Shown: in pieces, positions 38,101 to 51,450 of the stretch
Layout of the letters: each line of letters opens with the position of its first letter
Position numbering within the stretch: the first letter of the stretch is position 1
Assembly: GCA_026026165.1 (NCBI GenBank)
Contig: JAPEUD010000051.1
Location: 62,001-126,000, forward strand
Origin: Sarea resinae
Taxonomy: Eukaryota
Direction of reading: 5' to 3'
DNA length: 64,000 bases
Program-made: the position numbers and the translations under genes
The notes under the pieces: generated by a model
What the model was told of the DNA's origin: nothing
What the model saw: the letters and a program-made list of their open reading frames with translations, nothing else
Databases searched by the model: none

Positions 38101-40095
38101 AGATCATTTTCCTAATGCTTTAAAGTCTGATGCCCCTGGTACGGTTACCGTTTTCTGTCTCGTCTATCAAGAAAGCTCTTGAGAAGATCTTCTCCAACGA
38201 TCTCGTCTAGCACATCTGCCTTTTATAGAAGCTTATTTTTTCGACGCCTCAGAAATATATTCAGGCGATTCTTATCCGACCTGCTCGAATGTTGACTTCA
38301 ATCGATCGAGTATTCTCAACTGAGGAGTAGCCGTTGCCGGTACATATATGACCCGACTCTTGTATCGTCAATGGTTTTGTATCGCGCCGTTACACAGCTT
38401 GACTCTCTTCTTCATCGACCAGCTGTTTGATTCTATATCTGAGATCCTCCATATAGGCCTCTGAGGGATATAGCCATATAGTCAGAGGTGTCCATTGTTA
38501 TGTTGTTTGGTACCTGCAGCCCAGTATAACACTTGTGCTTTGCTTGCACGAAGCTCTTCTTTCGACGTTCGGAAAATGGCACAAGGACATTGAATCGCCC
38601 GTTCATCTGAGCAAAGTAACAGCCCATCTCGCCATATTTGCGTCGTGTTTGCTAAAGCGGTTTCGTCAGCGGTTTCGATCAGCGTATCGCCCGGAGGACA
38701 TTATTCGCTCTCGGAGCCCTTGACGTTATTGCTCAATAAAATTCCTTGCTACCATGGTGGAAGCTGGGTCTAAGCAATACCCCGGAGTGATGAGAAAATT
38801 TTCATGTCATAGACCTTCCGCTTTCACTCTCGAGGAACGTCCCCCATCTTTCTCATTTTGCACATTTGTTCAATAACCGGCTTCAGTGTCTGAAAACTCC
38901 TCTCGTAGGTAGACAAGACCCGTTTCAATATATCGTTCCACAACAGTTACCACAGAGAGTGAGGATGCTCTGCCTGAAAATCTCATAAAACAACGAGACA
39001 CAGCAACACGGGCAAGGAAGCTCAAGTTTCGAATATGTGAGAAGCCTTTACGACTGAAATTCCAGTCACCTATCATGCTTCCTCCGGACTTCCCGTGTAA
39101 TACTGGCATCAATCAGTAACGACCTTTTCGCGGGCCACGAGGGCTCGCTTTTTTTTTAGTCAGACATGGCAGGCCTGAGGGTTCAGTAATTTCCTGGGAT
39201 GGTGACGACATTAACAGACAAGAAGAAAATCCTTCGGTCTCTATTGTGGGTAATGCATAGATATGTCGGCCTGAGACTCTTTGAGGTGAAAAAATGTCTC
39301 GTCTATCGGTTTCAAGCTGTAATGTAGTCATAACTGTCGAGAAGAAGTAGAAGGATGAGGGACTGTTCTGATGAGAGGTCGATGGCAGGAAGATCGCGCA
39401 ATGACGGACAGAGAGGTAGATTTTCAGCTGGCTCCTCGCTTATCTTGGTTGTGGTGAATGTAAAGTATATCTTCTGATTGTAGGTCCAGGTTTGTATTGG
39501 AATGCGCCTGATGTTGCAACGTCCCCAGTTGAAAAGTGATAGGAAATTATCCCGAAAGTCCTTGCAGGCGTAGTGGAGATAGCTCTCCTCGTCTCGTAGA
39601 GTTGCTAGCGACGGTGGTGATTTCGATGATTGGCAGATTGGGCGCCCGTTTGATATTCATGCAGATCCTCCACATGGATACTGCGAGGCTGCCACATCGT
39701 AGCACTGCCGAAAAGGGTCAGGCCTAATTTCGCATCTGTTCCGTGTTTAGTAGCTGAGCCTGATGTCCTGGGCCGTAGTAGGAATGAGAAGTTTTCTTCA
39801 CTGACTCTCCTGCCTTTTGCTCCGTCTCAGCGCGTCAACGTCTTCTAGCCTAGGAAATGTAGAAGATCACGGCAGAGACCGATATTCTCCTCTTCTCGGC
39901 GTGATTTGGTTCCTCGTCTTTTGGCTTAACACCTCTTTGGAGCGAAAAGATTCTTTGGGATTTGTCCAACGGCACTGCTGCCATTGAATGACTCGATATT
40001 CGCCTGGAAGGTTGAACTTTGATAGACATTCCTTTTTGAGCAGGACAGGATGGAAGGAGCCTCCCAAATCGTTCTCTAATACCAAGGCCAGACAT
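35200..40095 (-). pseudogene. Heavily decayed large coiled-coil protein gene (boundaries approximate)
   Basis: E/K/Q/L-rich peptide fragments broken by stops and frameshifts, plus an intact-looking intron (38461-38513) joining two in-frame coding segments. Confidence 0.55.
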
Positions 40096-41649
40096 GCTTA
40101 GAGAAACAGTATGTGACTTGCACTAAGAGAGCAACCGCGGGCACTCTTGGAGCGGAAGTCCAATCGACTGGCATTCGATCCATTTTTAGTAACCCACCCA
40201 CTGTGACTGTAGTCTTGCTGATAGCGGACTGCGAAGGACGGCACCCGGGGCTATCTCCACATCATAACGCACTCGAATTGTTTCTTGACGTCTTGAGTAG
40301 GGTCGTTCTAACTAACAATGGCTGCCGATGTCGAAACCTTCTGCTAGTCCCGTGGAACTGATCTCGCGGATGACGCAACCTTTTCCGCCTAAAGGTGCTT
40401 TTGTCTGCGTTGGTCGGACGTGTGCTCTTACTCCTTTTCCTCTGCGAGGACGGTCATTGGCGTGGTTGTCGCATAGGAACTCTTGAGCGATGAGAGGGAT
40501 GAAGACCACCCTTTGAAGAGTAACATTAGTGAAAGGACCACGATACGAGCATTTGATGATTGGGGAGAAACCTTGACGGAATGGTGGTATTATATCTCCT
40601 GGGGTTCTGGTTGTCGAGACACAGCTAGGAACGCGTTGAGGAACGAGATGGATAGGACACGTTGAGGAGGAAAGAGATTTTGAAGAAGAGAATGTTAAAA
40701 ATACAAAAATCTAGATGAGAAGACTTCTTGATTGAATCTGGTGTTGGAAGAGCGTAATGGTGATGCATAACAAACGAACGGGACGAGGTGAAGGTAGAGA
40801 GAAATTGTTGGTAAGTAGAGAAGATCGAAGAGTAAAGAAAACAAGCCAGAAATGCCCTTAAGTACTCGCTCCAGCTAGCTTCAGTTTTGTTGCTGCCGAG
40901 TACGGGTTGGTGCGCCCCAGCTGGCAACAACAACAAATAATATCAGTGGACTAGAATAGAAGGGACGCGGGTCACGGAGGGGGTGGGGAGGAGGAAGTAT
41001 GGGAAATGTTCTAGGGATAGCTCATAGGCTCATGGTTAACGTATGAATAAAGTTGGTAGGTACTATATAGCCCTATGATTAGTGGTACCTACCTCTTTTG
41101 CGGCTTCTTTGTGCAGATCGAGGTATATATAGGAAAAGGGAAGGCGCAACCACTCAACTGAATATGCCAAGGCGGGCTGATTGTCTCTAGAATATTGTCC
41201 CATACATCCTTGGTCATGTATCATTCCAGTGATCGCAGCTCCTGACATTTCCAGGTGGTGTTCGACCTGCTCCTGCTTAACAAATCAATGATATAAGTTC
41301 AACTAGTAACCATGCGGCCTATTGTATTAGCGATTGCCACGAAACCTAATTTGCTGTTGCCTGTGGGAGACCTGGCAAGGATATGTAGCCAAGTGCGATC
41401 GCATTCACCAGATAATCAGAAAGAGGCATGGTATACACCTACTAATTTTAAGGTAAGTTCCATATAAGTCAATTTCCGGTATCATCTGCTATGTACGTAA
41501 GTCACGCCGCCAACCCATCCGTCCTAGAGTCCCCAAACCCCTGAATTTTACCGTAACGCCCTTCTAATGAGAAGGATGATAGAGATGGGAACGCCCAGTC
41601 TCTCAAACCGAACTGGTGTAAAAAGCTTAGAAAGTGTGCTCAATATTCG

Positions 41650-44483
41650 TCATAGCTTGGATTTGACGGCTTCCAAGCGGAACTTGACGTCCTTCAGGAC
41701 CTTGCTTGTCGGCTTCCAGTCATCAAATTGTTCTAGTAGTTCTTTCGTCTCGCCCCCAAGGTCCGTTCGTACATAGTCTTCCTCCAGAAGACCACGCATT
41801 GACCACGGTAGGATATATGGGTTGGCGCTCGTAGGTGCGGTGTACTCTTGTACTTCGAGCGGTATATCCCCAACTGAGGAGGATTCGAGAGAGTGCTCAA
41901 TCGCAAGTCTGAGGATAAAATCAGCAGCTTACGGAGCACAGATGTTAGGCACATACTCGTAGACATCTTGGTCGTCGTAGAGTCGAGAATGACCTTCTCC
42001 AGAGTACAGGCTTCCCGCGAGTGGCCCGCTCAGCTCCCGTATGAGCCCGTGATCAGAGATACCGAGATTGCGTAGCTTCAAAGCAAAGCCAACGAGATGA
42101 GTAAGACTAGAAAACATCAGCGTTACCGTGAAAATTGGCAGATAGAAAAGGCTCACAAGTCCGGAGCATGGGCTCTGCCGTCAATAAAGACTGCCCGATA
42201 GATGTACGGATGACTAATGTTCGTAAAAGTAGAAGACTGGGAAGAGTTAATTTCGAGCTCTAGGTCTGATCTTATGTGATAAAACAAGACACTTACTTCT
42301 AGTGAGACCAGCTGGTCATCAATGCTCCCGATATATGTGATGCGTACACCGTATTTGATAACGACCGTCAAAGCTCCTTCATACTTGCGAGACACGGTAC
42401 TTGCGGGCCTTGCAAAGTCAAATAGTTCTCCAGCGGAGCCACTGAACAGTCTAGACTTATAGTCTGGGAATGGTCCCAAATTGACGCCTGCCATTGCACA
42501 GATGCCGATGCGAGCAGAGCTGACGCAGCCCATCATGATCAGCTTAGCAACTAGCATTATAGCCACAGGGACTCCTTGAGAATGGCATGCGACCATGATG
42601 AAATCGGCTTTCTGTATGTGGTCCATCCAGTTGAGCAAGAGCTTCCAGAGGAGGTCGACGCGCTCCGAGATTTTGCCTTCACCTTCAAGAGCGACCTTTT
42701 CGATCTCGCATGAGTAGCCACGATCTTCAGTCCATTGCTTGATGGCAGCCGCGGCCCCATTCGCAAATCTTAGAGAAGTACCTGTGGGCTGTCCAAGGAC
42801 GGTGCGAATGAGTGGAGCTGGGAAATAACCGTGAACTCCAATCGCAAGTGCTTTTTTGATACGTGGGGGATCTCGGACAATATTGACATGCTTTGGTGGT
42901 GGCTGGTTGCTATAGAACAGCATCCGACTGATCTGTTGCAACACAGAGGAGCTACGAGCTTCCGAAAAGGTGCTTCTAAAAGGAGGGAGGACCAGATTGG
43001 GTACAGACTTCGGCAGTGTTTTGGTAGCAGCTTGTTCAACTGCCTTGCTTCCCGATGGCATGGGACTGTGTGAAGGTGTGGACTTCGTAGAATCATCAAG
43101 CGTACCAGATTTCACGGAAATATCTTCTGCAACTTCTAGTGATTTCGGTCGGCCCCGCTTTCCGATCTGGGGTTCAGGTTTGACGATATTCTTTTGCTGA
43201 GGGACCTTTGCTGCTTCCGGTTGGGACTGTGAAGGAGTATTGGCAATTGCAATTTCGCCCACATTGCCATCAGAGTCTTCCGCACCACTTTCATCTTTGC
43301 CTTTCTCTCTTGACCAGAAAGCCCATCCAGAAGACTTCGACGGAATGCCTTGGCTGACGGACTTGGGGGGCTCTGGTGGGGCTTCGGTCATAGTGGTGTC
43401 AGTAGAATCTTGCCCTACATCTTGAGTTGCGTTCTCTCCAGAAGCTGCAGCCTCTCCACTTGATTGCTCGGTCGGCGGACTTTGCCAGCTGTAACCTCCC
43501 AAAAATCCGAACCAGGATTTAGATTGGGATGTGGAATCTGTAGTATGTGTCGAAGAAGCAACTTGCGTAGATTCCTTGTGTTCGTCCTGATCGCCGCTCT
43601 CCTCATTTGATTTAGGAGTTGGCGTTTCCTGGATAGGCTGTGCCGGATGAGTCTCAGAAGACGCTTTCTGTTGCTCGGATTCTTCCTTGGATACGGCGCT
43701 ACTTGTATTATCCGCTCTGAACGGCCAGAGACGCCACCCTGCCGACGTATTGAACGTCTGTTGCTGCAGTCCTCTTTCCTTCAGAACTCCTTCTGTACCA
43801 ATATCTGCGCTATCTTCTGGCTTTTTGTCGTCATTTTCGACGTTCGTCGACCCGTTAGCTTCTCGCTCTGAGGCTGCCGTGTCCCTGTCCGATCGGTGTT
43901 GGTCACCTAATGTCCCTTTTGCGTCTACGGAGGACGTTTGGCCAGTGCTCGTTATTAGATCTCCGGACGCATTAGAAGTTATGTTCAATTTAGTCGTAGT
44001 AGCCGCCAATGGAAGTGATCTACTGGAGCTTCCGACGTTCTGAGAAAGGGACAGAGATGGCGACCTCGGAGCCCCCCGACGCGGAGTATGTGCTTGAACG
44101 GTCGACACGACATCTGAGGCCGTGTTGCTGGCGGCCGAGATGCTCTCTTTTGCGATCTGGGTCACGGGCGAGGCCTTTGACACACGCGGCCAGCTACCAC
44201 CATACCAACTCTTCGTAGAACGAGGCTTTCGGCTGTCAGCATGGGGAAGAGAGTCGATGAGGCATTACCGGCAGCTTACACGACTCTGGCTATCGTTCTT
44301 CTGGGCTACTGGCGTTGGCCCTTCATCGTCACCTTGAGAGCCCGAGGTAGGCCCATGATCGGTCTCCTCGGAGCTCTTCGACGGCTGCTCATGTGGAACG
44401 GCTGTGCTCGGGTCGGGCGCCGCGGTCTCGTCGGCGGCTTTCGCCTTGGGATTCTTCTTCGAGCGCTTTCGTGGTCCCATCAA
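41650..44483 (-). CDS. Conserved fungal YML020W-like protein (alpha/beta-hydrolase-like C-terminal domain, ends SKL); 5 exons
   Basis: AIGVHGYFPAPLIRTVLGQPTGTS, EKVALEGEGKI, ACHSQGVPV, GSIDDQLV, NPYILPWSMRG, ...VKSKL*. Confidence 0.82.
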
Positions 44484-44834
44484 GATGGCCGTCGTGTAGA
44501 AGTGAGCGGTCGTAGGCTACAGACAGACAGACCATGAGAGCATGGAATGGAAGTGAAAGGCTGCTGGTTGCTTGTCGATAAGCCACGCAGTAAGTACCGT
44601 AGTAGTAAGCTGTAGGTCCAGCAGGGCATTACGTAAGGCTGCGTCACCTCACCTCACCTCGTGCGGATACGGCAGCCGACAGAGACCTACCTTTCCAACC
44701 TCAATCTTTCATCTGTTTCTTCGCTTAGATGCTCGATAAGTTTATTCAAAGCCACCGAGTTGGTGATCGAGTTGGTGATCAACTTCTGCCTCAACACTCG
44801 GCATTCAGCACCACCTGGCCCAGAAAGCGCTGCC

Positions 44835-47494
44835 ATGGGTTTCAAGAAAGAGACCGGCCGTGGCCGTCTCGACAAGTGGTACCGTCTGGCCAAAGAGAAG
44901 GGCTACAGAGCCAGAGCGGCTTTCAAGCTCATTCAGCTGAACAAGAAATACAATTTTCTGGAGAAGAGCAAAGTCTGTCTGGATCTTTGCGCCGCACCAG
45001 GAGTAAGTGCCCGCCTTCTCATGCATCACATATAGAAGCCTTTGCTGATAAAATTAGTCATGGTGTCAAGTCGCCGCAGAGACCATGCCGCCAAATAGTC
45101 TCATCATCGGCGTAGACTTGGCCCCGATCAAACCAATTCCAAGGACCATCACCTTTCAGAGCGACATCACCACCGACAAGTGTCGGGCGACCATCCGAGG
45201 CCACCTGAAGACATGGAAAGCCGATGTCGTCCTCCACGATGGAGCTCCAAACGTCGGTACTGCTTGGGTCCAGGATTCCTTCAACCAGGCCGAACTTACC
45301 CTCCAAGCGATGAAATTAGCGACCGACTTTCTCTGCGAAGGGGGCACTTTCGTGACCAAAGTCTTTAGATCGAAGGATTACAACGCACTACTCTGGGTAT
45401 TCAATCAACTGTTTACCAAGGTCGAGGCTACGAAACCGCCCTCGTCTAGAAATGTATCTGCCGAAATCTTCGTCGTCTGCCGTGGGTTCAAAGCACCGAA
45501 AAAGCTTGATCCCAAATTCTTGGATCCTCGATCTGTTTTTGCGGAGCTTACCGCCCCTACGCCAAACAATGAAGCGAAGGTCTTTAATCCAGAGAAGAAG
45601 AAGCGCAAGAGAGAGGGTTACGAAGAGGGAGACTGGACCCAATTCAAGGAAGCCCCTGTCAGCGATTTCATTCAGACGACCGACCCCATTGCGATGCTGG
45701 GTAGTCTCAACAAGCTGAGCTTTGACCAGCAACCCAACGGAGATATTGCTCTGGCAGCACTCGAGAAATTACCCGAGACAACGCGAGAGATTCGAGACTG
45801 TTGTGCGGATCTCAAAGTGCTCGGAAGGAAAGAATTCCGTAATCTGTTGAGATGGCGGCTAAAGGTCCGAGACGAGTTTGGCTTTGCTTCGAAGAAGAAG
45901 GCTGCTGCCCAGGGAGAAGGTGAGGAGGTTGCTCAGGTCGAGGAAATGGACGAGGAGCTCAAGATTCAGGAACAGCTTCAGAAATTACAGGAAAAGGAGA
46001 GCTCGCGCAAGAAGAAGGATCGGAGGAAGGAAAATGAACGAAAACAGAGAGAGATTGTCCGTATGCAGATGCACATGACTACTCCTACTGAGATCGGTCT
46101 TGAGCAGCAAGGGCCCAATGGAGAGGACTCGATGTTCGCTTTGAAGGCCGTTGACAAAGCCGGTGCCGTCGACCGGCTCTCAAAGGGTAGAATGGTCACC
46201 GTCAACGGTGAAGCGAAGCAGCAGTCAGAGAGCGAAAGCGAAGATGAGAGCGATCCGGAGGAAGACTTACTTGAGCGAGAACTCGACTCGATGTACGAGC
46301 AGTATCAGGAGAAGAAGTCCGAAATCGACGCAAAATACCGCGCGAAGAAAGCTCGGAAGGAACATGAGGATGGAGAATGGGAAGGCTTCTCTGGAAGTGA
46401 AAAGAGTAGCGATGCAGAAGCAGTCCACGAAGAAAGCAGCGATGGATCATCGGACGAAGAAGAGGGTGCCTCTACTGGCCGAGCTCTTCTCACTTCTCTC
46501 GAATCGGATGCTCAGAAGAAGTGCGGCTTGACCAAGCGAGCTGCCATGTTCTTCGAGCAGGACATCTTCAAAGGCATCGACGGTCTCGATGGAGAGGAGG
46601 ACGAGGACAGCGGTATCGACATGGAAGACGCCGACGAGGAAGAGGAATCTGCTCTTGACAAGCTGGAACAAATGCAAGAGACCCGAAAGGCCCAGGCGGA
46701 CGCCAAGAAGTCATCAAAAGTGAAATCCAAAATCGCACCGTCATCAGAAGCGCCAAAGGACGCCGATGGCGACGAATCCGACGAAGAGGCCGGCTTCGAA
46801 GTCGTGAAAGGTACAGAGAGCGAATGGGACGCGCAAGGCGAACCGCGCAAGAACGGCCGACTAGGTAAGCAGAATATATGCCTCTGTGTCCACGCAAATG
46901 AATCTAGTAGAGAAGAGAGGAGACTGACCAAACCCCACAGACATCGACATCATCACGGCAGAAGCCATGACGCTCGCCCAACAGATCGCCACCGGGGCCA
47001 CATCCACGCACGACCTCGTCGACAGCACCTACAACAAATTCACGCTGGCCGACCGCGACGGGCTACCGGAATGGTTTCTGGACGACGAGAACCGGCACGC
47101 GAAACCGCACCGGCCGATCTCGGCGGCCGGCGCCGCCGCCATCAAGGAGAAGCTGCGCGCTCTGAACGCGCGGCCAATCAAGAAGGTGCGCGAGGCCAAG
47201 GACCGCAAGAAATTCAAGGCCGCCCAGCGGCTCGAGAAGCTGCGCCGGAAGAGCGCCCTGCTGGCCGACGAGGAGGGCATGACCGAGAAGGAGAAGGCCA
47301 GCAGCATCTCCAAGCTCATGTCGAAGGCGGCCAAGAAGAAGCCGAAGCAGAGCGTCAAGGTCGTTGTGGCGCGCGGTGGCAATAGGGGCATCTCCGGTCG
47401 CCCACGGGGCGTCAAGGGCAAGTACAAGATTGTGGATGCGCGGTTGAAGAAGGACGTCAGGGCCGAGAAGAGGTTGGCCAAGAAGAGGAAGTAG
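44835..47494 (+). CDS. SPB1: AdoMet-dependent rRNA 2'-O-methyltransferase Spb1; 3 exons
   Basis: [78 protein letters not shown]. Confidence 0.95.
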
Positions 47495-47974
47495 TGGTCT
47501 TTTATTTTGCGGGGGTCTCAAGAGACCAGCAGTAAAAAAAGGCCGGATGGGGCGTTGGGGTTTTGGCAGTGTGTGTAGAGACAACTTGGGTAGAGAGACC
47601 TTTACAATCACGAGGACCCTGTCTAATCGGTTGAGTCTGAAGTCTGAAGTCTCGTATCTCTGTATGGTACATCGTGAAAGAATGCCGCACCATTCCATGC
47701 CCTTCCGTGTGAACCAGAGTGTTCATCCTATGCCATGTCATGCTTGCGCTATGCTAGAGTAGATATGCAAGAGAACCAACCCCCCATTCCCCTTCCTGGA
47801 CCACTCGTCATCATCTATCATGCATCCATTAATTCATGCACGCAGGACCAATGCAACAAAAGAAAAAGAGAAAAAAGGGCCAGATCCGACCAGCCAGAGA
47901 CAGGTAGACGGGAGAAACCGATATAGACGGCATCCATGCTTCCCTTTTCTGCCTCGGTCAAAACAAAAATCCAG

Positions 47975-48028
47975 GTGCCAATGCCAATACCAGTACCAAT
48001 ACCAATACCAATACCAATACCAATACCC
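47975..48028. repeat. (ATACCA)~9 hexanucleotide repeat between the convergent SPB1 and DOT1 3' ends
   Basis: gtgcca atgcca atacca gtacca atacca x4 ataccc. Confidence 0.85.
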
Positions 48029-48154
48029 TTTGCTGATCTAGTCCGTCCGGCCATCCGTCTAACCCAAGACCGCACACCGTTGCCACGCTCCTAGAGATAT
48101 GGAAGCCACTCAAAGAAACCCCACAAGACAGCACGGCAGAGCGCCAAAGCAACC

Positions 48155-49766
48155 TCACAACAGTCCCTCACCCTGGGCCCATTTTCTAAGATCCTCGCCA
48201 TCCTTCCGAGCGACAAAATACGTGCCGCCGCCATCCGTCCAGCTGACGCTATCACTCCAATAGCGCTTCATTTTGACGTCCCGGAGCAGATTCACGGGGG
48301 AGTTGAAGTTGCGCTTCGTGATCTTGTGGCCCTGCGGGACGAAGGATTTGAGCGACACGATCTGGCAGCCGTCCTTGAGGTCCAGGAACAGGTTCATGAG
48401 CGAGCTGTTCAGGGAGGGGGTGAAGGCTTGGTTGTTGACCAGGACGACGTCGACGAGGGGTAAGATCTTGGCGATGTGCGCGTTGGTGAGGAAGTCGCCG
48501 CGCTCGAGGTGCGTGACGCCCGGCGAGAGACCCCAGAGTGCGCAGCGCGAGGTGAATTCCGCTTGTTGCAGCTCCGCGAGATCGCAGGGCGATGTCATCA
48601 TCTCGCAGCCCCAGGACTCGCAGCCGATCTCGAGAGCGGCCTGCAAGACGACGTTGGCGACGCCGGAGCCCAGATCGAGAAAAAGGTGGTGCGATTGTAG
48701 GTGCGTGTCTTTGAAGATTTGGGAGATGAAGCGCGGGAGCAATTCGCCGTAGACGTTGTCCGTGCCGTTTTCGTACTGCCGCAGGCTCGTGACGCGGGGA
48801 GATACGGTGCGGGCGTACGTCTGAGTAAGGATGCGCTCGATGAGGGGTAACGGGAGCGGGGAAGGGACGGTATCCAGGTGGGATGCGATGGTACCGTTGA
48901 GCACTGACTGGTGGATGAGCGTGTTGTATTCCGTGAGAACGGCGCGGAACTCGGTTTCGGAATTGTGGGAGATGGCTCGTTTGAGGCGGCGTGTGATGCC
49001 GTTGGAGTCGTCCGTGTACTTTTCAGAGAGAGAGGCCGGAAGGTAATGGTCTAGGACGAGAGATACCGTTTGAATGATGTCTTCAAGGGAGTTGAAGTCG
49101 TCATGTTCGCGCGGATGGACGAGTTGATATCTAGTGCGCGATCGGGATTAGATTAGCAGGGTTGAACTTTGCCCATGGGGAATACACATACCTCTCCACA
49201 GGCCCAGCGCTGGGATAGCGTATTTGAATATCATGCGACTGGCAAGAATCGTCGAAAGCCGGGGCGAATTTGTTCGGTTTTTCCAGAGATGCAATATCAG
49301 CGGCGTGAACGAACGAGAGTTTGGCATTCTTGTCCTCGGAGAAAGCAGCAGACGAGCGGACTTTTCTATTCAGATCTGGTTCGACGCTCTCGCTGGCCTT
49401 GACCCGTTTCCTCGAGAGCGCCAACAAAGCCTCGTCATCGCTGACTTCATCGCTGCTCGACGACAAGTGCTGTAGAGCTGGAGAGGATCTCTTGCGAATG
49501 GTGGTGCGCGGCTTTAAGGACTTTGATTTCCGTTCACTGGCAGGAGCCGCGGCCCTGGTAGGGCGTCTGTCGGATGATGTCCCATCACTCTTGGTGACCC
49601 CGCTGCTTTGTCTCGAAACCGTCGGACGGGCATTCGCCTTGAGCTGCGGGGACGACCTTGGCGCAAGCGGATTCGCTTTCGCTCTGACGATTTCGGTGCG
49701 GATCTTTACCTCCTGCGGTTTGATCGCGGGAGAACCCTTCTTGTGAAACTGATCGAAGAAGCCCAT
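48155..49766 (-). CDS. DOT1: Histone H3K79 methyltransferase Dot1; 2 exons
   Basis: [50 protein letters not shown]. Confidence 0.94.
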
Positions 49767-50298
49767 GCTGCTGCAAACCCTTGGTCGAGGTTGTTGGGGC
49801 GGTGTCACAGCATAGATACGGGGCGCATGCAGTCGGAGATGTGGAGAAAACGGACGCGTGAATGGAGAGCGACGAGGAGAGGCGTTTCTGCAATTGTTGT
49901 TTGAAATAACCAACAGTGTCCAGAAGGGAAGGAGGGAAAGAGTTCATATGCGAATGGTGAGGGTGAAGGGGTGAAGTGGTGAAGGTAGAGAGGAAGAGGA
50001 AGAGGAAGAGGAAGTGACTCTGCAGGGCAATGGAAGACCGAGAGAAGAGAGCGGTAGGGGTCGCCACGCTACTGTGCAGTGCATGATTACAAGCGATCTT
50101 ATCAATCAGCTCAGCCCTACCGATTCACATTACACGGACTGTACGAGGGGGGCACTCGAATTGTTGAATCATCAGTCAACATATATGTATATAAATATAC
50201 CCCTAGGTATCCTCTTCTATAACGCCATGCAAGCAGATGCATATCCAAGACGCCGCCAATCCTCTAGAGATAGATCCAAAACACAATGCAAGAAGCGC

Positions 50299-51050
50299 TC
50301 ATGAGAACCTCGATGCATCATTCATAGCATCGGCTTCTCGTCCCATCCGCGCCATCCATCGATCAACCAGGTCTTTATTCTCCGTCTGGAGGCGCTGGGT
50401 CTTTTCTTCGGCCATGTTGAGCTGCAGATTCAAGGATATCATTTCGTCTTGTACGTTCTATGCGTCGTCAGCAAAACAAGGTCTCAGTACGATGGCTTGA
50501 TCGAGCAGTACCTCTAAAAACTTAGCCTTTCCCCTTAATTCCTCAGACAAATCCCGGACCCTTCTCTCTAGTGTTGCTTTCTCGGCCTCTAACCCAGCAA
50601 CCCGTACACTCCCAGACTTTCCTACCTTCCGCGCCTCCTCGAGATCGGAGACAGCCCGCTTGAGCCGAGCTTGCATGTCGAATTTCGTGCGTTGGGCTTC
50701 AGCGAGGTCGGCACGGAGGCGGGAGAGGTCGTCACCTGCTTTTTGGTCTGGCGCCCCCGAAGGAGTGGGATTTCGGTGGGAAAGGGCTCGACCAGATCTG
50801 GACTTGGAGGGATCAGGAGATGAGGGAGCGGACGTAGGTTGGGGTGGATGGCTGGATGGCTGGGGGGTGGCGGATGAGAGAGCGGAGAATCGATCGGCGA
50901 GTTTGGCATCTGGGGGCTGCGTTAGCACATGTGCAATGCTTTCTATCTCATACTATAGGTTGACTCACAAGCATCAAAGGCCTCGAGTGGTGCCTTCTCT
51001 CGCGCGTCGCGCGCCTCTAGAGCGCTCAGATACTCGGTGCGCCAGTTCAT
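50299..51050 (-). CDS. ATG16: Autophagy protein Atg16; 3 exons
   Basis: Exon 1 [20 protein letters not shown] (Atg5-binding helix), central coiled coil, last exon [16 protein letters not shown]...[21 protein letters not shown]. Confidence 0.88.
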
Positions 51051-51450
51051 GACGGCGGAGACCCTTTGCGTTATTGGTATGCCGGATGCAACTGTGATGG
51101 TGACATTGCTGCGTAGAGGTCCTGGAGTCGTGGTGCTTGGTCAAGGGGTAGGGTGGGGGATGTGGTGTCTCGAGATGATGATGATGATGGCCCTGGTGTG
51201 GCGGTGGTGGTGGCTCGTGCGCTTGCCGGAGCTTCACCGCCTACGCCGCGCTAAGTTGTAGCGATGGCGGGGTCAGGAGTTTTTTCGTTGATATCAACTA
51301 ACAGTGCCCGACGGTCCCCTTTGGAGTATGACAGAATATAATTTGGCATTATCTTCTTCAAGAGGCATCTGTAAACCCGTCTATCTCATGTTGGTATTTT
51401 GAATAGCAGCAACACGTCCTCCCTGACGTGCCCCTGTCGAGTCATCAGTC

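Noticed and set aside
35200..40095. A-to-I-editing-dependent gene (TAG->TGG rescue) or stop-codon reassignment
   Set aside because: Disruptions include TAA, TGA and frameshifts, and neighbouring genes use all three stops normally.
33400..41600. Transposon or Starship insertion explaining the gap
   Set aside because: No RT, integrase, DDE or tyrosine-recombinase motifs, LTRs or TIRs recognised; the relic contains a host-type intron.
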